64,000 bases of DNA from Desulfobacteraceae bacterium (GTDB taxonomy: Bacteria > Desulfobacterota > Desulfobaccia > Desulfobaccales > Desulfobaccaceae), in contig JBKHJN010000002.1 of NCBI GenBank assembly GCA_046538075.1, positions 21,465 through 85,464 on the forward strand. Reading direction: 5' to 3'. The notes beneath the pieces are model-generated. The model did no database searches. It was not told the origin of the DNA and was given only the letters and a program-made list of their open reading frames with translations. Shown here piece by piece: positions 48,814 to 58,685 of the stretch (position 1 is its first letter; each line of letters opens with the position of its first letter). A program made the position numbers and the translations under genes.

Positions 48814-50949
48814 CTAAAACTCCTTGAATGGATTCTCCCCAATCTCTTCGATGCGCGCCATGAATCTCTCAATGATTCCGGGGATTCGGTCAAAATCATC
48901 GATCGCTACTTCGATAAACTGGGCCCGTTCGGCCTCGAGCATCAATCGATCAAGAGTCTCCTGCAGTTTGCCCATCCGTTCGTTGGCCAGTTCGCTGCCT
49001 TTGGCAAAATGGCACTGATAATCCTCGCCAAATTTGCAGCCCAGCAGCATGACCCCATCGAACCCGCGCGACAGCGCGTCAGCGATCCATACCAGGTTGA
49101 AAGACCCCAGGCAGCGGATGGGAATGAACCGAATACGCGGGTCAAATTTTAACCGGTGGATGCCGACCGCGTCCAGAGCCGGATAGGCGTCGTTTTCACA
49201 GACCAGACCGATCAGCCGGAAGCCCTCTTCGGGGACATCCATGGCCTTGATCATCGAGCCGACGATATCGACGCTCTGATCCTTAAAGGAGATGATTCGT
49301 TCCGGACAGGCTCCCATACAGGTCCCGCAGCGGCGGCAACGATTGATCTTGAAGTAGGGAGTACCTTTCTCGTCTTCGTCAATGGCCCCGAACGGACATT
49401 CCTCGGTGCAGCGCTTGCACTGGGTGCAGCGTTGCATAAAGGGATCCGGGAAGGTCATGTCCCAGGCCCGGGGGTGCACGGAAATGCCCTTGGCCGTATG
49501 TTCCAAACACTGCACTGCCTTTAGGGCGGCACCGGCCGCGTCCTCCATGCAGGTGGCCATGTCCATCGGTTGGCGCACACACCCGGCGGCGTAAATACCG
49601 GTACGCCGGGTTTCATACTGGAAGCAGATAAAGTTGGAATCGGCGAACCCATCGTACAGATCCAGGTCAGGCAACCCCAGACCCTGACGGTAGGTAAGGT
49701 TGGTAACCGGGTCATCCAGGGTGGTGGGGACAATGCCGGTTGCCAGCACTACCAGATCGGCTTCAAACTTGACTTTTTCGCCCAGCAGGGTGTTTTCGGC
49801 GTGGACGTACAGGTTGCCGCCCTCTCCCAGGCTGACGCCGGTGACATCGCCTTTGGTCAACATCACCCCGGGGTCGTCCTGCATGCTCTTGTAGAACAGC
49901 TCATACTGACCCGGAGTCCGGATATCACGATAGATGATATAAGCCAGACCGTCGTTCAACTCCCGGACGTAATGGGCCTGTTTTAAGGAGCTCATGCAGC
50001 AGAAGGCGGAACAATAGGGTAGATGGTCTGGATCCCGCGAACCGGCACACTGGATAAAGGCCACCCGCTTGGCCTCCCGGCCATCCGAGGGGCGCAGGAT
50101 TTTGCCCTTGTGGGCCAATTCTTCCATCTGGATACTGGTGATCACGTCCGGTGACAGCCCATATCCCAGGTGATCCAGCTTGTTGGGATCATATGGTTTC
50201 CAACCGGCAGCCAGAACAATGGCCCCGATCTTCATGGTTTCGAGATTGCCGTTCGATTTGATCACCACATCATACAGCCCCGGCTGGCCCTCGGTCGATT
50301 CCACTTCCGAGGAGGTCATCACCTTAATTTTGGGATGGGCCTGCACTTCCTTGATCTTGGAGAAGACCACCGGCTCTTCCGGAACCCGGTAAGGATAATT
50401 CCGGGGAGACTGGCGGTAGAGTTTGGCCCCGTAACCGCCAAGTTCCGCCTCCTTCTCCACCAGCACTACAGAATAGCCCAGATCGGCTACTTCCAGGGCC
50501 GCGCTCAGGCCGGTTATCCCCCCGCCGATCACCATGACAGTGCGGTCAATGGGGTCACTAGCATAAGGCTCAGGAATCTCAGCCCTTTTAGCCCTGGCAC
50601 AGGCCATGCGGACGTAATCCTCGGCCAGGGCCTGGGTCTCTTCATGATTAGGCTCATGGGACCAGACCACCAGTTCCCGTAGGTTTACCCGCTCGATTAA
50701 ACAGCCCGGAAAATCAAATTCTTCATATTTGACCCGCGGTGAACAGGCCGCAATCACCAGCGTATTTACTTCCTCATTGGTGATTTCGTCCTGTAAAAAT
50801 TTTATTCCTTCCGGGCTGCATAGGACATCACATTCTTTGCAGATCGGCACCTTGCCATCTTTTTTGGCCACCTTCAGCAGGCCTTCGATGTCCAGGGATT
50901 GTCCGATCTCACATCCTTTGCAGACATAAAAACCAACTTTTTTCTCCAT
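48814..50949 (-). CDS. qmoB: QmoB (HdrA-like flavoprotein with ferredoxin insert and MvhD-like C-terminus)
   Basis: FAD motif VMVIGGGITGLSAALE, CTQCKRCTEECPFGAI and CRRCGTCMGACP clusters, and an MvhD-like tail (IPIRCLGS..MLLGCKFGEDYQCHF). Confidence 0.9.
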   Translation of the reverse strand: MEKKVGFYVCKGCEIGQSLDIEGLLKVAKKDGKVPICKECDVLCSPEGIKFLQDEITNEEVNTLVIAACSPRVKYEEFDFPGCLIERVNLRELVVWSHEPNHEETQALAEDYVRMACARAKRAEIPEPYASDPIDRTVMVIGGGITGLSAALEVADLGYSVVLVEKEAELGGYGAKLYRQSPRNYPYRVPEEPVVFSKIKEVQAHPKIKVMTSSEVESTEGQPGLYDVVIKSNGNLETMKIGAIVLAAGWKPYDPNKLDHLGYGLSPDVITSIQMEELAHKGKILRPSDGREAKRVAFIQCAGSRDPDHLPYCSAFCCMSSLKQAHYVRELNDGLAYIIYRDIRTPGQYELFYKSMQDDPGVMLTKGDVTGVSLGEGGNLYVHAENTLLGEKVKFEADLVVLATGIVPTTLDDPVTNLTYRQGLGLPDLDLYDGFADSNFICFQYETRRTGIYAAGCVRQPMDMATCMEDAAGAALKAVQCLEHTAKGISVHPRAWDMTFPDPFMQRCTQCKRCTEECPFGAIDEDEKGTPYFKINRCRRCGTCMGACPERIISFKDQSVDIVGSMIKAMDVPEEGFRLIGLVCENDAYPALDAVGIHRLKFDPRIRFIPIRCLGSFNLVWIADALSRGFDGVMLLGCKFGEDYQCHFAKGSELANERMGKLQETLDRLMLEAERAQFIEVAIDDFDRIPGIIERFMARIEEIGENPFKEF

Positions 50950-50952
50950 ATC

Positions 50953-52212
50953 CTACCTACCTCCCAGGCTCTGAAGACACTTGATGGCGGCTCCGGTCCC
51001 CTCCTGGACTGATTTTGCCACATCAAGAGGACTTTTCAGGGACCCGACGGCATAAACCCCCGGAGGGAGTGATGCCGGTAAAATGAAACCGTCTTCGGTA
51101 TAGGAGATATTCAACGGCAGCTTCATAGCCTTGGTGGCTGGCACCATACCTACTGCCAACACGACCAGATCAAAGGTCTGGTGGATCTTATCGCCGGTCG
51201 TGGTATCCTCAGCTTCAACGATCACATTATCGGTCCCAGGTTCCTGGGTTATCTTGGCCACTTTCCCCCGGATCAGCTCGACGTTTTCGTCATCCCGGAC
51301 TTTCCAAAAGAATTTTTCATAGCGTCCGGGGCTGCGGATATCAATATAAAAGATGCTGGCCTTGGCCTCCGGGTCCTGTTCCCTCAGATAAGTCACCTGT
51401 TTCAGCGAGGCCATGCAGCAGATATAGGAACAATAGGGCAAGTGGTTTTCATCCCGAGAACCAGCGCATTGCACAAAAGCCACGTTTTTCGGCTCCTGGC
51501 CATCGGAGGGGCGCAGGATCCGGCCCTCGGTGGGACCATTGGGTGAGGCCAGCCGTTCCATCTGCATATTGGTGATGACATTCTTAACAGTGCCAAAGCC
51601 CAGATTGTCGATCTTGGTGGCATCATATAGATCCCAGCCCCCGGCCAGCGCAATAGCCCCGACCTTGAGGTTGACCGTCTGCGGTTGCATTGCCAGGTCA
51701 ATGGCATTATAAGCGCACGCCTCTACACATTTTGCACAGGCGGAGCCTAAACATACCGAGTCATCAATGACGTATTTGAGGGGAAAGGCCATATCAAAGG
51801 GAAGATAGGCCGCTTTGTTTTTATCCAGCCCATAATTGAAATCATTGACCCGCTCTACCGGGCAGACCTCTGCACATTTATTACAGGCCACGCAATTGTC
51901 GTTGACATATCGAGGTTTGATTTTAATGGTAACGTCAAAATCGCCTTCCTGACCCGAGATTTGAGTCACTTCGGCCAAGGTGTAAAAAGTGATATCAGGG
52001 TTGGTTTTGATCCGGCGAAAATTGATCTCCAGCCCGCAAGTCGGAGGGCAGAGCTTAGGAAAGTATTTATTTAACTGGGTAACTCTTCCTCCCAGATACG
52101 GGCTCCTTTCCACGATCACGACTTGGGCGCCCGATTCCGCGGCTTCGAGCGCCGTGGTCAGGCCGCTCATCCCTCCCCCGATGACCAGTACTTTGCGGTC
52201 GTTCGGTGTCAC
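50953..52212 (-). CDS. qmoA: QmoA (HdrA-like flavoprotein)
   Basis: VLVIGGGMSGLTTALEAAE and CVACNKCAEVCP. A GTG at 52212 preceded by AAGGAGGA gives 419 aa. The track ATG at 52353 would add an atypical 47-aa leader. Confidence 0.9.
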   Translation of the reverse strand: MTPNDRKVLVIGGGMSGLTTALEAAESGAQVVIVERSPYLGGRVTQLNKYFPKLCPPTCGLEINFRRIKTNPDITFYTLAEVTQISGQEGDFDVTIKIKPRYVNDNCVACNKCAEVCPVERVNDFNYGLDKNKAAYLPFDMAFPLKYVIDDSVCLGSACAKCVEACAYNAIDLAMQPQTVNLKVGAIALAGGWDLYDATKIDNLGFGTVKNVITNMQMERLASPNGPTEGRILRPSDGQEPKNVAFVQCAGSRDENHLPYCSYICCMASLKQVTYLREQDPEAKASIFYIDIRSPGRYEKFFWKVRDDENVELIRGKVAKITQEPGTDNVIVEAEDTTTGDKIHQTFDLVVLAVGMVPATKAMKLPLNISYTEDGFILPASLPPGVYAVGSLKSPLDVAKSVQEGTGAAIKCLQSLGGR

Positions 52213-52362
52213 GCCATTCCTCCTTAGATGCCTATCATTAGAAAGACCCTGTTTTACATTTTCCCTTAACTTGGAGCGGCAGGGGAAAAGGCCCAAATCC
52301 CTCGGTTCCTGCCTCCCAACTTCCCGACCAACTGCGCTGTCCGGGAAGGGCATAATAAATTA

Positions 52363-52385
52363 GCCGTGGCCCTAATCGCCACGGC
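52363..52385 (-). other. GC-rich hairpin in the aprA-qmoA spacer
   Basis: GCCGTGGC (52363-52370) / GCCACGGC (52378-52385), 7-nt loop. Confidence 0.4.
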
Positions 52386-52467
52386 CTCCAATGCAAAACG
52401 GCCCTAAACGTTTAGCGTTTGCAAGGCCTAGTCTGGGCCACCTAATTATTTGTGGCACTCGGCAAAG

Positions 52468-52494
52468 CTCCAGGCGCTTTAAAAGCGCCTGGAG
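52468..52494 (-). terminator. Hairpin just after the aprA stop (candidate partial terminator or mRNA stabiliser)
   Basis: Near-perfect palindrome CTCCAGGCGCTTT-A-AAAGCGCCTGGAG. On the minus strand only a weak U tract follows (CTTTG). Confidence 0.4.
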
Positions 52495-52515
52495 TGGGGA
52501 TTTAATCAGAAAATG

Positions 52516-54465
52516 TTAAGAAACTAACTGCTTATAAGGAACCTTCTTCATTTCCCACTCGTTGGTGGCGGGATTGTACTTGGAATTGACAAAGCATTTC
52601 CAGTTGTCATCGTCAATGCTGAGAAAATCAGCCCGGTAATAGTAGCCCGGATAGCGGCTTTCCTGCCGGAACAGGATGTGCCGCAGGTGGGCCTCACCGG
52701 CCAGGATGCGGTGGTAATTTTCCCAGGCCCGCATCAATTCATGCAGATCTACCGCCCCCATCCGCTGCGCGTCTTCCTTCAGCATGGTCAGGTAGCGCAG
52801 ACCTTCCTTGAGCATATTCTCATTGGTGGTATAGAACGGGGTAATACCGGCGCAATACTCGTCCATAATCTTCTGCAGCCGGGCCTGAAGCTGCCGCGGT
52901 TTCAGATAATTGGGGTTGATGTTCGGATCAGTGGTGTAGTTCTTATACTTCTCATAGATCTCGAAGGGCAGATAGATTTCGCCCAGGACTTCTTCCAGGT
53001 CGCGGGCGAATTCCAGCTTGTCATCCTTATGGTCCATGATGAAGGCGATGGCGGCTTTGCCGGCGAGCCGACCTTCGGCATGGGAGCCGGAGGAGAACTT
53101 ATGCCCGGAAGCGCCAACCCCGTCACCGGCAGTAAACAGCCCGTTTACGGTGGTCATGCGGTTGTAGCCCCAATTCCACTCGGGGGGCGCCAGATCAGCC
53201 GGACCACTCACCCACAGACCGGCGCAGCCGGCATGCGAACCCAGCAGATAGGGTTCCGAAGGCATGATCTCGGAAGGCACCTTGTCGGGTTCGGTGTTGG
53301 TGGCGGCCCACAGCGACGCCTGGGAGATGGACATATCCAGGAAGTCTTCCCAAGCTTCGGCTTCCAGATGCTTGAGCTCTTTTTTGCTCAGCACCTTGGA
53401 CAACTCGGCTAGGGCCTCATCGGTATGCATGTAGATCGGACCCTTACCTTCCCGCATCTCGATCATCATGGCATGGTTGCGCAGGCAGGTGCCGGGTGCG
53501 TCAGCATATCCCGGATATTCTTGGCGCAGCCGTTCCTGATTTTTGGCCATGTAATCTTCGTTAAAGGCGTTGGTGGCCTTGGCCTTGAAGAACAGGAACC
53601 AGGCACCGACCGGGCCGTAGCCGTCCTTAAACCGGGCCGGGACGAAGCGGTTTTCCATCATGGTCATTTCGGCGCCGATCTCCGCGGCCATGGCATAGGT
53701 GGAGCCGGCGTTCCAGACCGGATACCAGGCCCGCCCCTGACCTTCTTGGACCGACCGGGGCCGGAAGACATTGACCACGCCGCCGCAGGCGATCAGCACT
53801 GCTTTGGCCTTAAAGACGTAAATCTTATGCTCCCGGACGCTGAAGCCGACCGCGCCGCAGACCCGGTTGTTATCGTTTTTGTCAACCATCAATTTAACGA
53901 TGAACACCCGCTCATAGATGTTATCCATCCCCAGGGCATTTTTGGCCGCCTCGGCGACGATCACCTTGTAGGACTCACCGTTGATCATCATCTGCCAACG
54001 GCCGGAACGGCAACATTGACCACCGTCCTTCAAAGCCGGCAAGCCTTCGTCGATAGCCGTCTGACCGTCAACGGTGTGGCCTTCGGCATCTTTCTTCCAG
54101 ACCGGCAGGCCCCATTCCTCAAACAGGTGAACGGAATCATCCACATGACGACCGACGTCGGCGACTAGGTCCTCACGGATGATGCCCATCAGGTCCTGGC
54201 GGACGTAGCGGACATAGTCGTCCACGGTATTTTCGGGACCGACATAGGTGTTGATGGCCGACAGCCCCATGGCCACCGCACCACTACGGTCCATGGCTGC
54301 CTTGTCCACCAAGGTTAGCTTGAGTCCGGCCGCATCAGCCCAGCGTTTGGCCTCTACCGCGGCCCCGCAGGCCGCCATGCCGCCGCCGACGATTAGAAAG
54401 TCGGTCTCTACGGTCTCTACCGGGGGTTTTTCACAAAATGACCATCTACAAACTTCTTTTTCCAT
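52516..54465 (-). CDS. aprA: Adenylylsulfate (APS) reductase alpha subunit
   Basis: FAD motif LIVGGGMAACGAA and length of 649 aa. AprA-specific strings (SGAVAMGLSAINTY, NRMTTVNGLFTAGDGVGASGHKFSSGS). Adjacent to aprB. Confidence 0.95.
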   Translation of the reverse strand: MEKEVCRWSFCEKPPVETVETDFLIVGGGMAACGAAVEAKRWADAAGLKLTLVDKAAMDRSGAVAMGLSAINTYVGPENTVDDYVRYVRQDLMGIIREDLVADVGRHVDDSVHLFEEWGLPVWKKDAEGHTVDGQTAIDEGLPALKDGGQCCRSGRWQMMINGESYKVIVAEAAKNALGMDNIYERVFIVKLMVDKNDNNRVCGAVGFSVREHKIYVFKAKAVLIACGGVVNVFRPRSVQEGQGRAWYPVWNAGSTYAMAAEIGAEMTMMENRFVPARFKDGYGPVGAWFLFFKAKATNAFNEDYMAKNQERLRQEYPGYADAPGTCLRNHAMMIEMREGKGPIYMHTDEALAELSKVLSKKELKHLEAEAWEDFLDMSISQASLWAATNTEPDKVPSEIMPSEPYLLGSHAGCAGLWVSGPADLAPPEWNWGYNRMTTVNGLFTAGDGVGASGHKFSSGSHAEGRLAGKAAIAFIMDHKDDKLEFARDLEEVLGEIYLPFEIYEKYKNYTTDPNINPNYLKPRQLQARLQKIMDEYCAGITPFYTTNENMLKEGLRYLTMLKEDAQRMGAVDLHELMRAWENYHRILAGEAHLRHILFRQESRYPGYYYRADFLSIDDDNWKCFVNSKYNPATNEWEMKKVPYKQLVS

Positions 54466-54501
54466 GGATTGACCTCCTTAAATTTTCGAGGGTGGCGTAC
54501 C

Positions 54502-54924
54502 CTACTCGGTCCGGGCCGGATTATTAAAGAACCCTGGCTCTTTAATCTTGCTGAGATCCGCTTCCGGTTTACCCTTATAAACATCAATGGAACCTTCAGC
54601 GGTGGTCCGAATGGGGAACTTAAAGCGTTTCATGGTCTTGCCATCCCGAAACTTGATGGTCCACATGATAGAATCGGTGCCGCGCAGCGGAATGGTGGTG
54701 GACCCCAAGGGCGAAAAATCGGCATAATGCCGGACTTCAATGGCCTGTTGGGGGCAGATCTTGACGCAGTTAAAACATTCCCAGCACTGATCGGGCTCCT
54801 GGTTCCAGGCCTTCATGCTCTGGTGATCCAGAATCATCAAGTCGTTGGGACAGATGTACTGGCAAGCCGTCCGATCCAGCGCTTTACAACCATCGCATTT
54901 TTCTACGATTACAAAGCTTGGCAT
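54502..54924 (-). CDS. aprB: Adenylylsulfate reductase beta subunit
   Basis: MPSFVIVEKCDGCK...CQYICPNDLM...CWECFNCVKICPQQAI, two [4Fe-4S] motifs plus the AprB tail. Confidence 0.95.
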   Translation of the reverse strand: MPSFVIVEKCDGCKALDRTACQYICPNDLMILDHQSMKAWNQEPDQCWECFNCVKICPQQAIEVRHYADFSPLGSTTIPLRGTDSIMWTIKFRDGKTMKRFKFPIRTTAEGSIDVYKGKPEADLSKIKEPGFFNNPARTE

Positions 54925-55117
54925 TTTTCATACCTCCTAGAAAGATTTATCAGCTTCCAAATTGGTTAAAATTAATATGGTTTAAGGAAGATTTTCCCGT
55001 CCCTCTTCCACCTCCTCTCTCCACACTTAGTCGAGATTGGCGCTTTGCCTACGGAGTCCTCTGCCTGCACCGGTCAGCTGGAAATAGATCTAAGCAATCT
55101 CCTGACTCGAGAGGACA

Positions 55118-55423
55118 TCAACCTTTTTCAACGCTCTTAATAAACTCGTCCATGACCTCCAGGGATTTTTTCTGGACCACCATGTCATAGATTTTATCCT
55201 TAACCGTCTTGGGAAGAAGCTCGATGCTCTTGGTGGTGGCGGCATCAAACTTGGCCATGGGGTAGAGGTCCAAGATCTTATCCCGCTGGCTGGCGCTGCA
55301 GGGCACGATGAGCACCTTCATGCCCGCCAGTTCTTCCTTCAGTAATTCCGCCAGACCGGCATTCTTAAGGGCACTGAACCTTTCTTCATTGATCCATATA
55401 TTGATGGGGAAAGTCTCAGCCAT
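55118..55423 (-). CDS. Hypothetical 101-aa soluble protein between sat and aprB
   Basis: AAGGAGG lies 7 nt upstream of the ATG. By eye its codon usage resembles sat and aprBA. No motif recognised; only one Cys. Confidence 0.55.
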   Translation of the reverse strand: MAETFPINIWINEERFSALKNAGLAELLKEELAGMKVLIVPCSASQRDKILDLYPMAKFDAATTKSIELLPKTVKDKIYDMVVQKKSLEVMDEFIKSVEKG

Positions 55424-55468
55424 TTCATTTCCTCCTTATCGCAGATTCGCTGACCGCAAGCTTGGCAA

Positions 55469-56749
55469 TTACAGCGGTTCGATGCTGAAGGCCGGCTTGG
55501 CCTTTTCCAGATATTGGGTAGTGACAAAGGGAGAACCAAAGCCATATTTCTTTGAGCATTCCATGACCACGTCGAAGACCTCGGGCCGGAAAATCAGGCG
55601 GGTGGGTTTCACTTCATCCATAATAATCGACCTAATTTTGGTGCCGCTGAATTTCTGCAGCTCATCGTGATGGCCGCAGAGGCCCACACAGGTAACCTCG
55701 CCGCAATGGGGGCAGAAGGCCCATTCCAACACATAGATGGGGGTGATGTTCAATTTTTCTTTGGGGATGCTCATAAGCAGATGGTGGGCCTGGTAGGAAT
55801 GATAGTAGGTGCCCACCCCGGCGTGGTCCCGGCCGAACATGTGATGGGTCAGGCCCAGGTTGGTACGGATGATGGCGTGATGCACCGCCTCCCGGGGTCC
55901 GGCATAACGCATATCCCAGAAGGTCATGGTCACCATATGGATATCGTTCCGGAAATAGCCGGATTTGCGCAGCTCATCCTGGCACAGCACAATAGCCTCG
56001 TCGATGTAGTCACCGGTGCGCTTCTCTCCCACAATGCAGTTGACCAGGACGCCGGAAATAGCCCGGCCTTGGAGGGTTTCCTGCTGTTCTACCGGCAGGT
56101 CCCCGTGGGCGGCGATGTAGGCGTGTTTCATCAGCCATTCGTGGCCGGAGTGGGGCACGTTGCGGGTCTGGTGAGCCACGATGCGCTGCCAGCCTTTTTT
56201 GGTAAATAATTCCCGGTGCTGTCTGGGGGTCAGGAAGTAGGAAGTGAAGGGTTCCCTGATTTTAGGTTCGTTCACCAGGGTAATCCTGCCGCCCAGAAAT
56301 TTTTCTTTGTAGGCATAGGTGCGCTTGACCCCCGGGTGCTTTTCCTCTTTGGTGCCATAGACATCCTGAGCCAGATTTTCTTTATCGTAGGTATAGATCT
56401 CCTCGATGTCGAAGATAGCCAGCGGATTGTCATCGTAGGTCAACAATATCTTGGTGCCTTGTTTGATCCCGTAATCAGCGATCTCCTGGTCGGAGATGTC
56501 GTAAACCAGGGGAATGCTCCACACCGTGCCGTCCGCCAGCTCCATCTTCTTGCAGGTGGATTCCACATCCGCCTTCATCATAAAGCCTTCGAGGGGTGAA
56601 AAAAACCCATAGGCAATGCCGATGACCTCCGTGGCCATCTGCCGGGAGACCGGCATCGTTTTTAAATCCTTAATCATTTTAAGGGCTTCGTTTTTGTCGG
56701 TGATGACCTGTTCGACTAATGGCTTGCCCCCATGACCGATCATTTCCAT
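55469..56749 (-). CDS. sat: Sulfate adenylyltransferase (ATP sulfurylase)
   Basis: QTRNVPHSGHEWLM and GRDHAGVG motifs. The ATG at 56749 (MEMIGHGGKPLVE) follows AAAGGGGA; the track start at 56788 is less likely. Confidence 0.95.
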   Translation of the reverse strand: MEMIGHGGKPLVEQVITDKNEALKMIKDLKTMPVSRQMATEVIGIAYGFFSPLEGFMMKADVESTCKKMELADGTVWSIPLVYDISDQEIADYGIKQGTKILLTYDDNPLAIFDIEEIYTYDKENLAQDVYGTKEEKHPGVKRTYAYKEKFLGGRITLVNEPKIREPFTSYFLTPRQHRELFTKKGWQRIVAHQTRNVPHSGHEWLMKHAYIAAHGDLPVEQQETLQGRAISGVLVNCIVGEKRTGDYIDEAIVLCQDELRKSGYFRNDIHMVTMTFWDMRYAGPREAVHHAIIRTNLGLTHHMFGRDHAGVGTYYHSYQAHHLLMSIPKEKLNITPIYVLEWAFCPHCGEVTCVGLCGHHDELQKFSGTKIRSIIMDEVKPTRLIFRPEVFDVVMECSKKYGFGSPFVTTQYLEKAKPAFSIEPL

Positions 56750-56953
56750 ATTCCGTCCCCTTTCTTCAGAATTATTCACAATTCTCAATAATGCGCCTGC
56801 TATATTTCATGAAAAAATTCTGGCTTCCCAACAACCACACCGAAATTTTTTCTATTGCTCCTCCCCACCCTTTTTGGTTCATCCCTAAGGGCGGCCTCCA
56901 CTCACGACCGGCGATTCTCAGGCCAAGATGCTCGTGAATGTTAGCACGATCTT

Positions 56954-56983
56954 TTTATACCTGATACAATCATAGCCTGTCAA
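56954..56983 (-). promoter_or_regulatory. Sigma70-like promoter for sat, implying a leader of about 200 nt
   Basis: Minus strand TTGACA (56983-56978), 18 nt, TATAAA (56959-56954). Confidence 0.45.
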
Positions 56984-57185
56984 GAAATTTTTCAGGCTAG
57001 GCTTTATTTAAAATAGTTAGAATTGGCAACAATTTTTATCACCCTGCAACCCTCGACCGTCCTACCCTGAATACCACAAGGTAATCTGCTTAGTGGGCAA
57101 TGGTTTGGCAGCCTCCGGGCCCAGCGGCAGGCCGCGATTTGCGAAATTTTTTCTTAAGTTAAGAATTAAAAGTTTCTAATAGGGC

Positions 57186-57222
57186 TTGACAGTATGTGAT
57201 CTTATTCGATAAACATGCTGTC
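57186..57222 (+). promoter_or_regulatory. Candidate promoter and imperfect inverted repeat upstream of trpB2
   Basis: TTGACA at 57186-57191 with only a weak -10 (TAAACA at 57210-57215). GACAGTATG (57188-57196) and CATGCTGTC (57214-57222) form an inverted repeat matching at 8 of 9 positions. Confidence 0.3.
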
Positions 57223-57248
57223 ATATTCTTGAAAAAGGAGAGGCCCTC

Positions 57249-58616
57249 GTGAAGGATTCTTACAAAATTATTTTGAGTGAGCAGGAACTGCCCCAACAAT
57301 GGTACAACCTTCAGCCTGATCTGCCCCGCCCTATGCCCCCTTATATTCATCCGGTAACCCACAAGCCTCTGGGACCGGAGGACATGGCCCCAATTTTCCC
57401 CATGGAGCTGATCAAGCAAGAAGTCAGCCAGGAACGTTTTATTGATATCCCGGATGAGGTGATGCGCATCTACCGCCTGTGGCGGCCCTCACCTCTGCAC
57501 CGGGCCCGGCGGCTGGAGGCGGAGCTTAAAACCCCGGCCCGTATTTACTATAAAAATGAGTCAGTCAGCCCCCCCGGCAGTCATAAACCCAACACCGCGG
57601 TGGCCCAGGCCTATTACAATAAACAGGCCGGCGTCCGCCGTCTGACCACCGAAACCGGGGCCGGACAGTGGGGCAGTGCGCTGTCCTTTGCTTGTAGTTG
57701 TTTTGACCTGGAATGCCGGGTCTACATGGTCAAGGTGAGCTATTTCCAGAAACCTTATCGCCGCTCGCTGATCCATATCTGGGGCGCCGAGGTTTTCCCC
57801 TCGCCAACTGACATGACCGATTCCGGTCGCGCTATCCTGGCCCAAATCCCCGATTCCCCCGGCAGCCTGGGAATTGCCATCTCGGAGGCGGTGGAAGATG
57901 CGGTGCACCATGAGGACACCAAATATTCATTGGGCAGCGTCCTCAATCACGTCCTTTTACACCAGACCATCGTCGGCCTGGAAACCGAAAAGCAGCTCGC
58001 CCTGGCGGGTGAGAAAAAACCCGATATCCTGGTGGGTTGCGTGGGGGGCGGCAGCAACTTCGCGGGTTTCTCCTTCCCGTTTGTGCCCCGCAAATTAAAG
58101 GGCGAAGATATCCGCATCATTGCCGTGGAACCAACCTCTTGCCCGACCTTAACCAAAGGGCAATATACCTATGACTTCGGCGACACCGCCGGTCTGACCC
58201 CGCTGATTATGATGTACACCCTGGGCCATTCCTTTATACCCCCGGGGATTCATGCCGGTGGGCTGCGCTACCACGGTGATGCCCCGCTGCTCAGCCTGCT
58301 GGTGCATGAAAAGATCATGGAGGCCCGGGCCTATCCGCAGAACCCGGTGTTTGACTCGGCCATCATCTTTGCCCGCACCGAAGGGATCATCCCGGCTCCG
58401 GAAACAGCCCACTGCGTCCATGCCGCCATTGATGAAGCCCTGAAATGCAAGGCCACGGGCGAGGAAAAATGCATTGTCATTGCCTTCAGCGGCCACGGCC
58501 ACTTTGATCTGGCGGCCTACGATGCCTATCTGGGCGGCAAGCTGGAAGATTATGAATATCCGGATGAGAAGATCCATGAGGCCATTGCCGATATTCCCAA
58601 AATAACCCAGGCTTGA
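57249..58616 (+). CDS. TrpB-like PLP-dependent enzyme (tryptophan synthase beta chain, type 2)
   Basis: [14 protein letters not shown]-terminus, [13 protein letters not shown] (PLP lysine region), [14 protein letters not shown] start after GGAGAGG. Confidence 0.85.
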   Translation: MKDSYKIILSEQELPQQWYNLQPDLPRPMPPYIHPVTHKPLGPEDMAPIFPMELIKQEVSQERFIDIPDEVMRIYRLWRPSPLHRARRLEAELKTPARIYYKNESVSPPGSHKPNTAVAQAYYNKQAGVRRLTTETGAGQWGSALSFACSCFDLECRVYMVKVSYFQKPYRRSLIHIWGAEVFPSPTDMTDSGRAILAQIPDSPGSLGIAISEAVEDAVHHEDTKYSLGSVLNHVLLHQTIVGLETEKQLALAGEKKPDILVGCVGGGSNFAGFSFPFVPRKLKGEDIRIIAVEPTSCPTLTKGQYTYDFGDTAGLTPLIMMYTLGHSFIPPGIHAGGLRYHGDAPLLSLLVHEKIMEARAYPQNPVFDSAIIFARTEGIIPAPETAHCVHAAIDEALKCKATGEEKCIVIAFSGHGHFDLAAYDAYLGGKLEDYEYPDEKIHEAIADIPKITQA

Positions 58617-58622
58617 TACTAG

Positions 58623-58648
58623 GGCGGGCCGCAAGCGAGCGGCCCGCC
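58623..58648 (+). other. 10-bp GC hairpin after trpB2 (no U tract)
   Basis: GGCGGGCCGC-AAGCGA-GCGGCCCGCC. Confidence 0.4.
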
Positions 58649-58685
58649 TGAATTTAGGTTGATGCTCAAAAATGCGGAGGAGTCT

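Noticed and set aside
56794-56832. 12-codon upstream ORF (MKYSRRIIENCE) in the sat leader
   Set aside because: No SD and no supporting conservation. Probably fortuitous.
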